Shown: positions 19,329 to 37,289 of the stretch, in pieces
How the letters are laid out: the number at the start of each line of letters is the position of its first letter
Position numbering within the stretch: the stretch's first letter is position 1
NCBI RefSeq assembly: GCF_009914755.1
Contig: NC_060932.1
Length of the DNA stretch: 64,000 bases
Source: the human T2T-CHM13v2.0 reference genome, Homo sapiens
Direction: 5' to 3' (one strand)
Position numbers and translations under genes: made by a program
Notes under the pieces: generated by a model
Databases searched by the model: none
The model's input: only the letters and a program-made list of their open reading frames with translations
Told to the model about the DNA's origin: nothing

Positions 19329-20096
19329 GCTGTAATGCAGATTAAGTGAAATAGAATGCAAGACTTTTCATGGGACAAGGCCTGAGAAAAATACTGAGAA
19401 TAAATGTAGGCTTTGGGCTACATTTTGGAGTATTAATTTACATTGTTTTCTTTTTCCCAGTTATTCCTTTTCCCTTTGTTGTCATGCATGTTTGTGGCCT
19501 GCTCCCTGCTGGTCACCCCAGGATGGATGTAACAGGAGAGAGTAGAAATAGCCTGCCCATCTTCCTGAATTTTTTTCCCGAAAGCCTAATCCCCAGGATC
19601 AGGAAGGAATCCCAGGGACAAACTAAAAGTCTTTACAAGAAGCCTGGGGACAAAATGAAGAAAGGAAAATTCTGCTTGGGATGGGGGAAATGAGAGATGA
19701 GAAAGGTCTATAGGTCCTGGCTGAAGAGGGTAAAGAAAGAAAAATTCTGATGGGACGGGGATTTGAGATTTGGGATGGGGGAAATGAGGGATGAGAAAGG
19801 TCTATAGGTCCTGGCTGAAGAGGGAAGCAGGTCCTACATCCCAATATAGTCTCTGGGTTTATCTGGGCAGGCAGAAATACAGGAAGACTCCTTCAAAAGT
19901 CCCTTGACCCAAGTGCAGTGAGGAATGCTTAGAGGCCACATAGATGTAGACAGTGGTAATCACAGCTGATCACCCACCATCCTTCCACACTTTGGCATCA
20001 TCATAATCTTAAAATCACAGCAAAATCTCAGGTATCAGGAGGGCTTGCATAACTATGGCCCAGCCCTCAGTGGAGAGAAGTCCAGCAATGAGGTCA

Positions 20097-23088
20097 GGCC
20101 AGGTGCAGTGGCTCATGCCTAGAATCCCAGCACTTTGGGAGGCTGAGGTGGGAGGAAATCATTTGAGCCCATGAATTAAAGACCAGTTTGAGCGTTATAA
20201 TAAGATCTTGTCTCCACAAAAAATGTTGATTACATTTTTAACTGAAAATTTTAATTTTAAATTTAAATTAATTTAAAATTTAAACCACCAGTATGGTGGT
20301 GCAGGTACCTGTAGTCCCAGCTACTCAGGAGGCTGTGATGGGAGGATCACTTGAGCCAAATAGTTTGAGGCTGCAGTGAGCTATGATTACACCACTGCAC
20401 TGCAGCCTGGGCAATAGAGTGAGACCCTGTCTCTTAAAAAAGGTGTGGGGGGCTGGGGGGATGAGGTCATTTTCTATCAACCAGGAGGAAGGCCACCTTG
20501 AGATAGAAATAAAGTTGAATTATAGAAAATAAGGCAGCCACTACTTGTTCCAAATGTAGGGGTTAAGTGTCCACTCACAATCAAGAGAACGCATGAGTGG
20601 CCTGTGCTGCACACATTCCTTATTGCACTGCTAGCTGGGACTCCCTGAGCTGTTAAGGTTGAGGGAACAGTGCAAGCTCAGGCCCTTCTTCCAGCACCCC
20701 CATGCCATTCTCAGAACAGCCAGGAGCAGATCCAGGTTCAATGCGGCATTGAACTTAAACATTTGTGGCCCTGTTTAAGAAAAAGAATCAAAATTACACA
20801 TACAAAGTTAGGAACAAAAGTAACCTCTGCTGGCTTCTGAAGTCATGAATGGCTCCTGCTGCTGGCACCAGCCTTCGAGTGCCCACGGCCCGTCCCTGCG
20901 TGACAAACACACCTGCAGCCGGCCCTCAGTGCTACCTGCCCCTAGAATGAGAGATAATACCAAGGACCTTAACAGCCCTGGTAGTCACTGCAGTGCTTAC
21001 TGCCAAGGGTGATGAACAAGTTGTCCATGTTCCAGAGCCCAGCTGCCTGAGCCAACAAGACATAGCACCTCCCAGACCCCGGAGCAGGCATGTAGCCCAC
21101 ATTTGGCCCTGCTGGAGGGAGAGCCACAGTGTACTACAGCTTAGTCACTGTAATCACAAAAATGTGGTAATGGAGCCACAATATAAAACAAGTAAACTCA
21201 GCCTTCAAGAACACATTGTGGGGCCGGGCATGGTGGCTCATTCCTGTAATCCCAGCAACTCAGGAGACTAAGGCAGGAGGATCACTTGAACCCAGGAGGT
21301 GGAGGTTGCAGTGAGCTGAAATTGTGCCACTGCACTTCAGCTTGGGTGACAGAGTGAGACTGTCTTAAAAAAAATGCTTTAAAACTTGGAATGTAAATAC
21401 ATAAGTGTCTACTATATTATTTTCAGTACATTTGACATATTTTGTAATTAAAATAAACTTAATAATATATTTAAAAATAAGTAAATAAATATTTCCAAAA
21501 GAAGACTAGTAATAGTCTACACCTCACAGAAACCTTAGAAAACTTAATTAATACAAAGCATTGGAATCAGGGCCAGGGACATGGTAAACACTTGCAGAAT
21601 ATTCATTGTTTTCCTCAGTGCCACTGTTTTACATAATTTTAAAGCTTTCTTTTCTTTTCTTTTTTTTTTTTTTTAACTGTCCTAGAAGTCAACCGAGATG
21701 GGACAGAAAGGAAAGAAAACCCTGGAAGGTCTTCTTGAAGAAGGCGATCCTAAATCTGAATCCAAATTTTCAGAAATGTGTCTCCTGGGTGAAGGTGAAG
21801 GTAGCAAGAGTCTGCCCAGCAACCCCCCAACCCCATTTTTTTTTTTTTTTTCTGAGACCAGTGGAGTCTGGCTCTCTGTCACCCAGGCTGGAGTGCAGTG
21901 GCGCAATCTCAGCTCACTGTAACCTTCGCCTTCTAGGTTCAGGCGATTATCGTGCCTCAGCCTTCTGAGTAGCTGGGACTACAGGCGTCCGCCATCATGC
22001 TCAGCTAATTTTTGTATTTTTAGTAGAGACGGGGTTTCACCATGTTGGCCAGGCTGGTCTTGAACTCCTGACCTCAAGTGATCTGCCTGCCTCAGCCTCC
22101 GAAAGTGCTGGGATTACAGGTGTGTGCCACAGCACCCAGCCCCACCCAGCTCACCCCAGCCTCTTTTAACCTCGCCTGTCTGACTCACATATTTTCCCAG
22201 CTGCTGGTCTTTGCTCTTCCTCTCCTCTCTGTCTTTCATGTAAAGCCCTCTCCAGAGGCTCTGTGGTTCCCAGGGGCCTTTCACGCACTGCCTAGAGAAA
22301 GGCCACTTACTGGCTAGTGTTCGCCACTCTCCCTCATGTGTCCTTGATTACAGGGACCAAGAGGTAAAATCAAATCATTTTCCAGCCTCCCCAGTAGTCA
22401 GGAGTAGCCATGGGAACCCATTTTGCCCTCGAGAGGCGGGCGGAAGTCCATGGGGCAGATGCTTCTTAGGTCTTTCTGCTCTGTCTTAATTGCTCAAGAA
22501 GCCCAGAAGTCCAGCAGCCGTCTCAAAACCACAAAAATAAAGGGTCCCACCGAGGCTGAGAAGGAGCCTGGCGGACTGAGGATTTCCCTTTGCAGCAACA
22601 CCAGCCCTGGACCCCTTTAATGAAAAGTAACGGCAAAAAACCGTGATTACTTTTGCACCAGCTCAGTTAAAAGGGGTCCAGGGCTGCAAAGGGAAATTGT
22701 GTTGAACTTTCCATTACTTGTTGCCAAACACACTCACGCACCTGACTATCCTGTCAGTAAGGGATTGTTTTTTGGTGTTTGTTTGTTTTTTGTTTTTGTT
22801 CGTTTGTTTTGAGACGGAGCTTCGCTCTTGTTGCCCAGGCTGGAGTGCAATGGCGCGATCTCGGCTCACCTCAACCTCCGCCTCCGCTTCCCGATTCTTC
22901 TGCCTCAGCCTCCGGAGTAGCTGGGATTACAGGCATGCGCCACCACGCCCAGCTAATTTTGTATTTTTAGTAGAGATGGGGTTTATCCATGTTGGTCAGG
23001 CTGGTCTGGAACTCCCGACCTCAGGTGATCCGCCCGCCTCGGCCTCCCAAAGTGCTGGGATTACAGGCATAAGCCACCGCGCTAGGCC
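20097..23088. mobile_element. Alus 20097-20441(+), 21222-21374(+, partial), 21836-22141(-), 22766-23088(-)
   Basis: Alu motifs. Confidence 0.85.
22618..22662. mobile_element. Partial MADE1 (mariner MITE)
   Basis: GGCAAAAAACCGTGATTACTTTTGCACCA matches one MADE1 TIR arm. Confidence 0.65.
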
Positions 23089-23329
23089 ATAAGGGATATT
23101 TAATGGAGATGCACTGACAAAACCTGTGGGGCCCTTGAGGCGCCCTGGACATCCCTCCATCTGAAGGCCAAATACCGGACATTCCTCACCACCCTCAGCT
23201 GCCTCGGTGCAGGTGCCTGCTGCCATCTAGTGTCCATCTTTTAGAACTACACCACTGCTTTGGGACATGAACTATTTTTCCTTCCGCACTTTCTTTTTTC
23301 ATTCATTCATTCATTCATTTGTTCATTTA

Positions 23330-23893
23330 TGAAAGGAAAATAAAACCTCAGGATCTCGATTTAGCCTACCAAAAGGAAAAAAGAATAAGCCAAAAGCCGA
23401 GTCACGCAAGAAGCTGCCTTTTCTTTTGTTCCTAAGCAGATGCTACAGATAAAAGGCCAGATATCTCCAGCTGCTGGTTGTCCACCTTATCTTATCAAGT
23501 GCCGATTTACTGAGCATGAGACAAATACATAACTGACTATTCCCCTACCTGTTCCTTGTCTCTTGCAACATGTGGATTCTGTGATGTGACTGGACCTTCC
23601 CTCTTTCCAGCCTGCTTTTCCCCTTTAGATATTGAAGCCCACAAAATCATCTTTGGAGAAAGGCACAGATCGCAGACTGTTTCTGTGGTTTCTATATTCC
23701 CTTCTTCTGGCGTGTGCCTTACATTGGCTTCTAAACTTTACAAACTTCTAAATTGACTGAGACTTGTGTCAGACATATTTTGGTTGACAAATTGGCATCC
23801 AACAGAAGGGACTCTGAGTGGAGGTGGTCCTGACTGTTGAGAAATCTGACTTTGGTGCTTGGTACCAGCCCGGGCTACTTTTATTGCTCAAAC
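23330..23893 (+). mobile_element. MER4-family LTR (23330-23789) plus ~100 bp of internal leader
   Basis: TGAAAGGAAAATAAAA start, ...TGGTTGACA end, followed by PBS/leader-like AATTGGCATCCAACAGAAGGGACTCTGAGTGGAGG. Confidence 0.75.
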
Positions 23894-24054
23894 TGTTACA
23901 GGAAAGGGGTCTGGAGCCAGACCACAGAGTGAGTTCTTGGATCTCTGACAGGAAAGAATTCTGGGCCAGTCACAGAGCACAGTGAAAAAAGCAAGTTTAT
24001 TAAAGACTACTCTATTACAGAGTAGGGCATCCTCAGAACTAACAACAAGAGGAG

Positions 24055-29708
<5,654 letters not shown>

Positions 29709-31506
29709 CTAGTGGCCCGTCTTTTAAATCCTGCCAGCTGGAATAAATTTGTTCCATAGCTTGTGTACATGAATGATCTAGGGTGCCTTTGGATCCAAGT
29801 AGATACGTAGCTAGGATTAAGGTCTTCTGTTATACTTTAAGAGTTATATCAAGAGTATCTAGCAATAAAGCCTGATAATTTAATAACTATCCCCTACTCA
29901 TCTATTGGTGCCCTTTAGCTTCTAGGGCCTCTGTTATTTGGTGTGGGGTCAAAACCTCCAGATGTTGTCCCAAAGTTAATTTATTGTCTTCATCTATGAG
30001 AAGAGCAGTTGTTGCAACTGCCCTGAAACATCTGAGTCATCCTGAAGCCACATGGTCAATTGGTTAGAAAAATATGCCATGGGTCAAGGGATGTATCCCT
30101 GTTTCTAGACAAGAACATTTAGGGCTGTCCCTTGTTTCTCAACCACATAAAGGAAGAAAGTAAAGCCTGTCCCTAAACCCACGGGGAAGAATTGTCCAAG
30201 TTAACACAGAAACCAAAAGATTATTAGGTAATCAAAAGTAAAGACCACAATAGGGGACTCAGCAAAAGAAATGTTTCACTAGAGAAGGGAAATGACAAAG
30301 TTCTAGAAAGGAATGTCCAAGTTCAGGCCAGTAGCGGCAAGCAGGACAAGATTTACATGGCCTTGCCATTTGTAACCAAAAAGTAAAAGTCATTCCATTA
30401 GCAAGGAGATGAAAAAGAACTGCTGAAAAGCAATCTCCAGTTTTCCATCCTGGAGCAGTTCACCTAGGGGGGACTGGTATAATTGCTGCCAGGCTTAATC
30501 TTTCACATTGGACCTTTTCATTTAAAACTTGTAAATGCGAAATTCCAAGTAAGCTTTGCAAAAAAGGAGAGACAATAAACAATTCATTTAAGTGGTCTAG
30601 ATCTAGGGAAAGTAAATATTACAGAGCCATTTGTCCCCAATGTCTTCTAGCAACATGCCAGAACAACAGGCAAATGGCCCATAACCCAAAGGCAAACAAG
30701 AAAAAGGAAAGTTAAAAACCTCAGGACCAGTTCAACAAGATCTCTCTCATAAAGTAGCAGTAAAGCATAGAAAGCAATCAGGAAACTGGCAAGTGGCAGC
30801 CTTTGGAAAGCTCTTACAGAGAGCACAAGGAGGACGAATCCACAGTGAATAATGGTTAACATCCCATTGTGCTAAACCCATTTTCAGCTGTGAGGGGCCT
30901 TTAATCCTCCCAAGTAGGCCTCAAACCCAATCTTAGATAAGTGTCCTTGTCCTTCATCGGTATAAAAATGTATTCCCCTTCTTACCCAAAGTCAGTCAGT
31001 TGGTCCTGCGCAGTCTATTTCTTTTGGGTTGAAGGTCTCACCTCAATAAAGTCCTTGGGAGTTGCCACAGGAAATGTTACTTAAAAGGAATTTTGTTCCA
31101 GACCCAAAAAACAGGTTCTTGGATCTCAGACAGGAAAGAATTTAGGGCCAGTCACAGAGCACAGTGAAAGAAGCAAGTTTATTAAAGACTACTCTATTAC
31201 AGAGTAGGGTGTTCTCAGAAGGCGAGAGGAGGACCCCACACCAAAAATTATGTAGCTAGCTAAGAATAATGGTCTCATGTGCTTTAGTACAACAGCTTGT
31301 GATCCACTTGTGACAGAGTATTAGTAGTGTTATTCTCTGTGTAACTATTGATTTCAGCAAACATTTATGAAAATACTATTATCTTTAAAGAGAAACCTAT
31401 TCTTAAACTAATAATGCTTTCTGTTCTCAAGATATCAGGACATCTTCTTAAGTTCTGGGTCTTGTTTAGTGAGTAAGAATCATTAGCTCGTTCAGCCAAA
31501 AGGTCT

Positions 31507-32086
31507 TGTTATGGGTAGAGGGTGTCCAGGTTCGTGACATCTTGAACAAAGAATTGGACAAAATGTACAAACCAAGGAAAGAATGAAGCAACAAAATCAG
31601 ATTTATTGAAAATGAAAGTACACTCCCCAGGATGGGAGCAGCCCCTGTCTAGGGGCTCAACAGCTGGGTTACAGAATCTTCTGGGGTCCAAATACCCACT
31701 AGAGGTTTCCTACTGGTCACTTGGTGTTCACCCCATGCAAATGAAGTAGTGGCCTGCAATCAGAGGCTGAAGTAAAGTTACAAAGTTGCACTCCTATGCA
31801 AACGTCTGATTGAGGCCATTATTTCATTTGCATGGAGTGCACACCAAGTGGCCAATGGGAAACCTCTAGTGGGTATTTGGATTGATTGGTGGCTTTCTGC
31901 AACCAATCAGAGGTACTTTCAATTTTCCTTCTGCCCTGCAGAAAAGCAGGTTTGCAAAGGGAGTAACCTCTGGTCCTTCTGTTACTTAGGCATAGATAGT
32001 TGGTTTTTTCCTTTTGATTTAGTTCTACGAAGTCAGTGTGAATCAGCCTTAGGTTCCCTGCCTCCAGACCCTATTTTCCTGCCTCA
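31507..32086 (-). mobile_element. MER51 solo LTR nested in the 5' LTR of the provirus
   Basis: Minus strand begins TGAGGCAGGAAAATAGGGTCTGGAGGCAGGGAACCTAAGG. 4-bp TSD GTCT at 31503-31506 and 32087-32090. Confidence 0.85.
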
Positions 32087-32685
32087 GTCTTATTATGGAG
32101 AGTACTTAACTTTCTGGGAATGTAACCCAGCAGGTTTTGCTTTATTCAGCCTTTATTCAAGATGGAGTCACTCTGGTTTGGACTCCTCTGACAGCGGGAG
32201 TGAAGTAGAAGTGATAGGGTTTCTTTACAGTTCTTATATCCAACTATTTGATTTAGTCTATATGGAATTCCCCTTTGTCTTCTTTAGGAATATCAAAGCA
32301 TTTCAACAGGTATTTAGTACCTGTGAGCTAGCCAACTTGTTACTTTGTATCTTTTTAAGTATCTACTCTTTACTAGTTATTGTCTAAGACACTATAATGT
32401 CTCTACTCACTATAGCAATCTTCTGAAGATTAGATTCCATTTTATAAGTGAAGATTCCAATTTTGAGGGGTGATACGATTTACTGGAACTCAGATCCTTC
32501 TGACTTTCAAATAGTTGTTTCTTGGACCAAAGGACAATGAAACGGTGATGACTATATCTGCATGAAAAGGGAAAAAGGGAGCTGTATCTGACTCTTCACT
32601 TTCAGAAAATAAGGTGGCTGCTGATGCTAACCTGAGAGCAGCATTAGGCTATGGGAAAGCTTTCTCCAAATTCAGATCATCATTT

Positions 32686-33238
32686 TGTTACAGGAAAGGG
32701 GTCCCAATGCAGACTACAACATGGGGTTCTTGGATCTCATGCAAGAAAGAATTCAGGGCAAGTCCGCAGTGCAAAGTGAAAGCAAGTTTATTAAGAAAGT
32801 AAAGGAATAAAAGAATGGCTATTCCATAGACAGAGCAGCCATGAGGGCTGCTGGTTGCCCATTTTTATGGTTATTTCCAGATGATATGCTAAACGAGGGG
32901 TGGATTATTCATGCCTCCCCTTTTTAGACCATATAGGGTAACTTCCTGACGTTGCCATGGCATTTGTAAACTGTCATGGCGCTGGTGGGAGTGTAGCAGT
33001 GAGCACCACCAGAGGTCACTCTCGTGGCCATTTTAGTTTTGGTGGATTTTGGCCGCTCCTTCACTGCAACCTGTTTTATCAGCAAGGTCTTTTTGACCTG
33101 TATTTTATGCTGACTTCCTATCTCATCTGGCGACTTAGAGTGCCTTAACCGTCTAGGAATGCAGCCCAGTAGGTTTCAGCCTCATTTTACCCAGCTCCTA
33201 TTTAAGATGGAGTTGCTCTGGTTCATGCGCCTCTGACA
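32686..33238 (-). mobile_element. MER41A solo LTR
   Basis: TGTCAGAGGCG...CCTTTCCTGTAACA, 553 bp, TSD ATTT. Lacks the MER41B tandem-GAS segment (reads AAAAAGGGGAGGCATGAATAATCC). Confidence 0.88.
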
Positions 33239-33379
33239 ATTTCATGTTAATTTTTCTCTTTGAATTCATGAGCAGCACTGAAGAGAGTGCATGAGGTTTC
33301 TGGAAAATAGCAATTTGAAGTCTTTTAGTCCATAAGATTCCCTGTTATAAATGTCTTCCTAGGCTGAAAAAAAAGTAAT

Positions 33380-33591
33380 GGTTGACCATAAAAAAGATGG
33401 CGGCCGCAGCTTCTCCACAGCAATGGCAACGCCATTCTCAAGCAAGCGCATCAATATATTTAGTTCCGGCCTCTTTGCACGTCATTTCCGGCACCGGCAT
33501 GGCCGGGTGAGCTGCAGGCTTCCTTATTTAAGACCGGGAATTTAGTCAGCCTGGTGAGCCGACTCTGAGGAGATGGAGTATCGCTGAGGTG
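33380..33591 (+). promoter_or_regulatory. TRMT12: TRMT12 promoter/5' leader
   Basis: CpG-rich. YY1 motif AAGATGGCGGCCG (~33394-33406), ETS TTCCGG (~33464), composite ETS-CRE CACGTCATTTCCGG (33478-33491). Confidence 0.75.
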
Positions 33592-34938
33592 ATGAGAGAG
33601 AATGTGGTTGTTAGCAACATGGAGAGAGAAAGTGGGAAGCCCGTGGCTGTTGTCGCAGTTGTGACTGAGCCTCGGTTTACCCAGCGATACAGAGAATATC
33701 TCCAGAGGCAGAAACTCTTTGATACACAGCACCGTGTGGAAAAGATGCCGGATGGCTCGGTGGCGCTACCGGTGCTGGGAGAGACGCTTCCAGAGCAGCA
33801 CCTGCAGGAGCTGAGGAATCGTGTTGCCCCAGGCAGTCCCTGTATGCTCACGCAGCTCCCGGATCCTGTTCCTTCGAAGAGGGCCCAGGGTTGTTCACCT
33901 GCCCAAAAATTGTGTCTTGAGGTGAGTCGCTGGGTGGAGGGTCGGGGAGTCAAGTGGTCAGCCGAGCTGGAGGCTGATTTGCCCCGATCATGGCAACGGC
34001 ATGGTAATCTCTTGTTGCTGAGTGAAGACTGTTTCCAAGCCAAGCAGTGGAAAAATCTGGGACCGGAACTCTGGGAGACCGTTGCCTTGGCACTTGGCGT
34101 CCAGCGTTTGGCAAAACGAGGGCGGGTATCACCGGATGGTACTCGAACTCCAGCAGTGACACTGCTGCTGGGTGACCATGGCTGGGTAGAGCATGTGGAT
34201 AATGGTATCCGTTATAAGTTTGACGTGACCCAGTGTATGTTCTCCTTTGGAAACATCACTGAGAAGCTTCGAGTGGCATCGTTGTCCTGTGCTGGAGAAG
34301 TGCTGGTGGATCTCTATGCAGGGATTGGTTATTTTACATTGCCTTTCCTAGTTCATGCTGGTGCTGCCTTCGTCCATGCTTGTGAGTGGAATCCCCATGC
34401 TGTAGTTGCTCTGAGAAATAACCTTGAGATCAATGGAGTAGCAGATCGGTGCCAAATACACTTTGGAGATAACAGAAAACTGAAGCTCTCAAATATTGCA
34501 GATAGGGTGATCCTGGGGCTGATTCCCAGCTCTGAAGAAGGCTGGCCCATTGCCTGCCAAGTGTTAAGGCAGGATGCTGGAGGCATTTTGCATATCCACC
34601 AAAATGTGGAATCTTTCCCAGGGAAGAATCTTCAGGCTCTTGGAGTCAGCAAAGTAGAGAAAGAGCATTGGCTGTATCCTCAGCAAATTACCACCAACCA
34701 ATGGAAAAATGGAGCTACCAGGGATTCTAGGGGAAAAATGCTGTCACCAGCCACCAAGCCAGAGTGGCAAAGGTGGGCAGAATCTGCAGAAACTCGAATC
34801 GCCACTCTTCTTCAGCAGGTGCATGGGAAACCATGGAAGACACAAATTCTGCACATCCAACCAGTGAAATCCTATGCTCCCCATGTGGATCACATAGTCC
34901 TGGATCTGGAATGCTGCCCCTGTCCTTCAGTTGGCTAG
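33592..34938 (+). CDS. TRMT12: tRNA wybutosine-synthesizing protein 2 homolog (TYW2), intronless, 448 aa
   Basis: Uninterrupted ORF MRENVVVSNM...CCPCPSVG with SAM-binding motif VDLYAGIGYF and TYW2/Trm5-like FSFGNITEKLR. The ATG is at 33592; the ORF track starts at the upstream GTG. Confidence 0.97.
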   Translation: MRENVVVSNMERESGKPVAVVAVVTEPRFTQRYREYLQRQKLFDTQHRVEKMPDGSVALPVLGETLPEQHLQELRNRVAPGSPCMLTQLPDPVPSKRAQGCSPAQKLCLEVSRWVEGRGVKWSAELEADLPRSWQRHGNLLLLSEDCFQAKQWKNLGPELWETVALALGVQRLAKRGRVSPDGTRTPAVTLLLGDHGWVEHVDNGIRYKFDVTQCMFSFGNITEKLRVASLSCAGEVLVDLYAGIGYFTLPFLVHAGAAFVHACEWNPHAVVALRNNLEINGVADRCQIHFGDNRKLKLSNIADRVILGLIPSSEEGWPIACQVLRQDAGGILHIHQNVESFPGKNLQALGVSKVEKEHWLYPQQITTNQWKNGATRDSRGKMLSPATKPEWQRWAESAETRIATLLQQVHGKPWKTQILHIQPVKSYAPHVDHIVLDLECCPCPSVG

Positions 34939-36010
34939 AGGAGGTAGATCCTGGGACACATGGGATCCACGTGCGAGTGGCCCTTAAATGTATCAGTTCA
35001 GTCCAGGTTGTCATCCCTTTTGTCCCCTGGTGATCAGTTTTTTTCATATTTTATAGCCCTGAAAGCAGGCTCTAGATCAATTCAAATTATTTCATTTGTC
35101 TTTCATTGATAACAGAAAATGAAATACCTGTTTGGGAGAAGCAGCATGGCCCATTGAAATGAGGCTCATCTGTGCAATTATGAATTCCAAATTCTGACCT
35201 CAGTTCTGGAATTGAAGTTTCAGTATGTTTTGGCCTCGGGTTTCGTTATTTGCAAAATGAGAGTTTCTTTGAACTGTCTCACGTGACTATTAAGCAACTA
35301 TACACAGGACATCGGTTATTTTAGAGTGAAAGACACAGTGCTTTTTCCAAATTGCTCTGGCTACCATATAGAAAATTGACTGAAGGAGGGCCAAGATGGA
35401 AACAGAGAGACCAGTGAGGAGGCTTCTGTGGTTGTCCAGGTCTGAGGTGATGGTAACTTGGACTCGGATGGTGGTAATGGGAGGTAGATTGATATGATAA
35501 ATAAAATTGACAGACCAAGCAATGGAATCAGAATTAAGTCCTTAACATGAAGCTGCTTTGTTATTATGACTGACTAAATTAGAGAGAGAAGGGAACAAAA
35601 ATTATTTTAGTGTATTTCCATTCCCTTACTGTGGCATTCCTAAATGATTGTGAGGGGTTGTCTTATAAATTTGGTTTGTTGTGGTAAAATATGGTTAAGA
35701 ATCACCAGTCTATTTTTTTTTTTAAAGCTCATCTGCTGAGGACGAATCACTGTTCTAAATCATAGGGAATCTAGATTTCTAGCCTCAAGCTTGTGCAATA
35801 GCTGCCAATTAATACTTATTAGTTTAAAGTTCCTATTAAAATCTTAGATTCGTATAGGCCTCATACTCCCTCTTCATCTTCCTACCGTGGCTGAGAACAG
35901 GAGGGACAACCTAAGAAGCTATAGGGAATGTGAGATATTCTGCAGAGCATTTCCAGCCTCACCTTATTTTATGGCTGTCTGCCATAAAAGATGGTTTGCC
36001 ACTGGAGTGA

Positions 36011-36329
<319 letters not shown>

Positions 36330-37022
36330 TGACCCAAGATGACTAATTGTTGATTACCACTCAGAGCTTTGTTCTGGTGTATTTTGAAGCTATCTAGGCT
36401 GGTTTGCTAGGTGAAGGAAATATAGAAAAGTGTGGCCTTGTATGATTGTACCTGACATTTGGCTGGCTGGATTTGGGCATGGCTACTCATCCTTCTCTTG
36501 CAACAGTAGCAGTAAGGACAGGTTGGTGCTGTTTGTGTTATCCAACAAATATTAAGTGCCTATTATATACAAAAGCCACAGGAAACATAACGATCCATTA
36601 GATAGAGTTCCTGTCTCTGAGAAACCCACAATCTAGCAGCAGAAATAACACAAGTACTCAAAGAAAGACTTGGAATGCAGTAAGATGAGTGCCATGTGAG
36701 TGATAGCACGTTGTAGGAATGAAAAGGTGGGAAAGGAGTTCTCAGAACTGAATAGTGAAGTCTTCAGAGGTAGTGTTTGAATTGGCTCATGAAAACTGGG
36801 TAAGATTTTGATGGGTAGGTTGCGGGTAGAAACAGGCACTAGTAGAAGAGAATAACAGATGCAAAAGTTTGAATCCTCAGAAAATGGTATGTTGTTATTA
36901 GATAAGTTTGGAACAGAGGAAGCAGTGAGAGATGTGTTGAAGATGGGGGTTGTTGTAAGGATTAAAAAAGCACTGTGTCTTGTACACAGTAATCCCCTAG
37001 GGAGATGTTAGCCAGCATGTGA

Positions 37023-37289
<267 letters not shown>

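Noticed and set aside
21698-21922. 74-aa [19 protein letters not shown]...
   Set aside because: Runs into an Alu and resembles decayed L2-like sequence; no splice or domain support.
31848-32387. 179-aa ORF
   Set aside because: Spans antisense MER51 and MER41-like LTR sequence, with no protein features.
32686-33238. Interferon-inducible MER41 enhancer
   Set aside because: The tandem GAS (TTCNNNGAA) block of MER41B is absent; this is an A-type copy.
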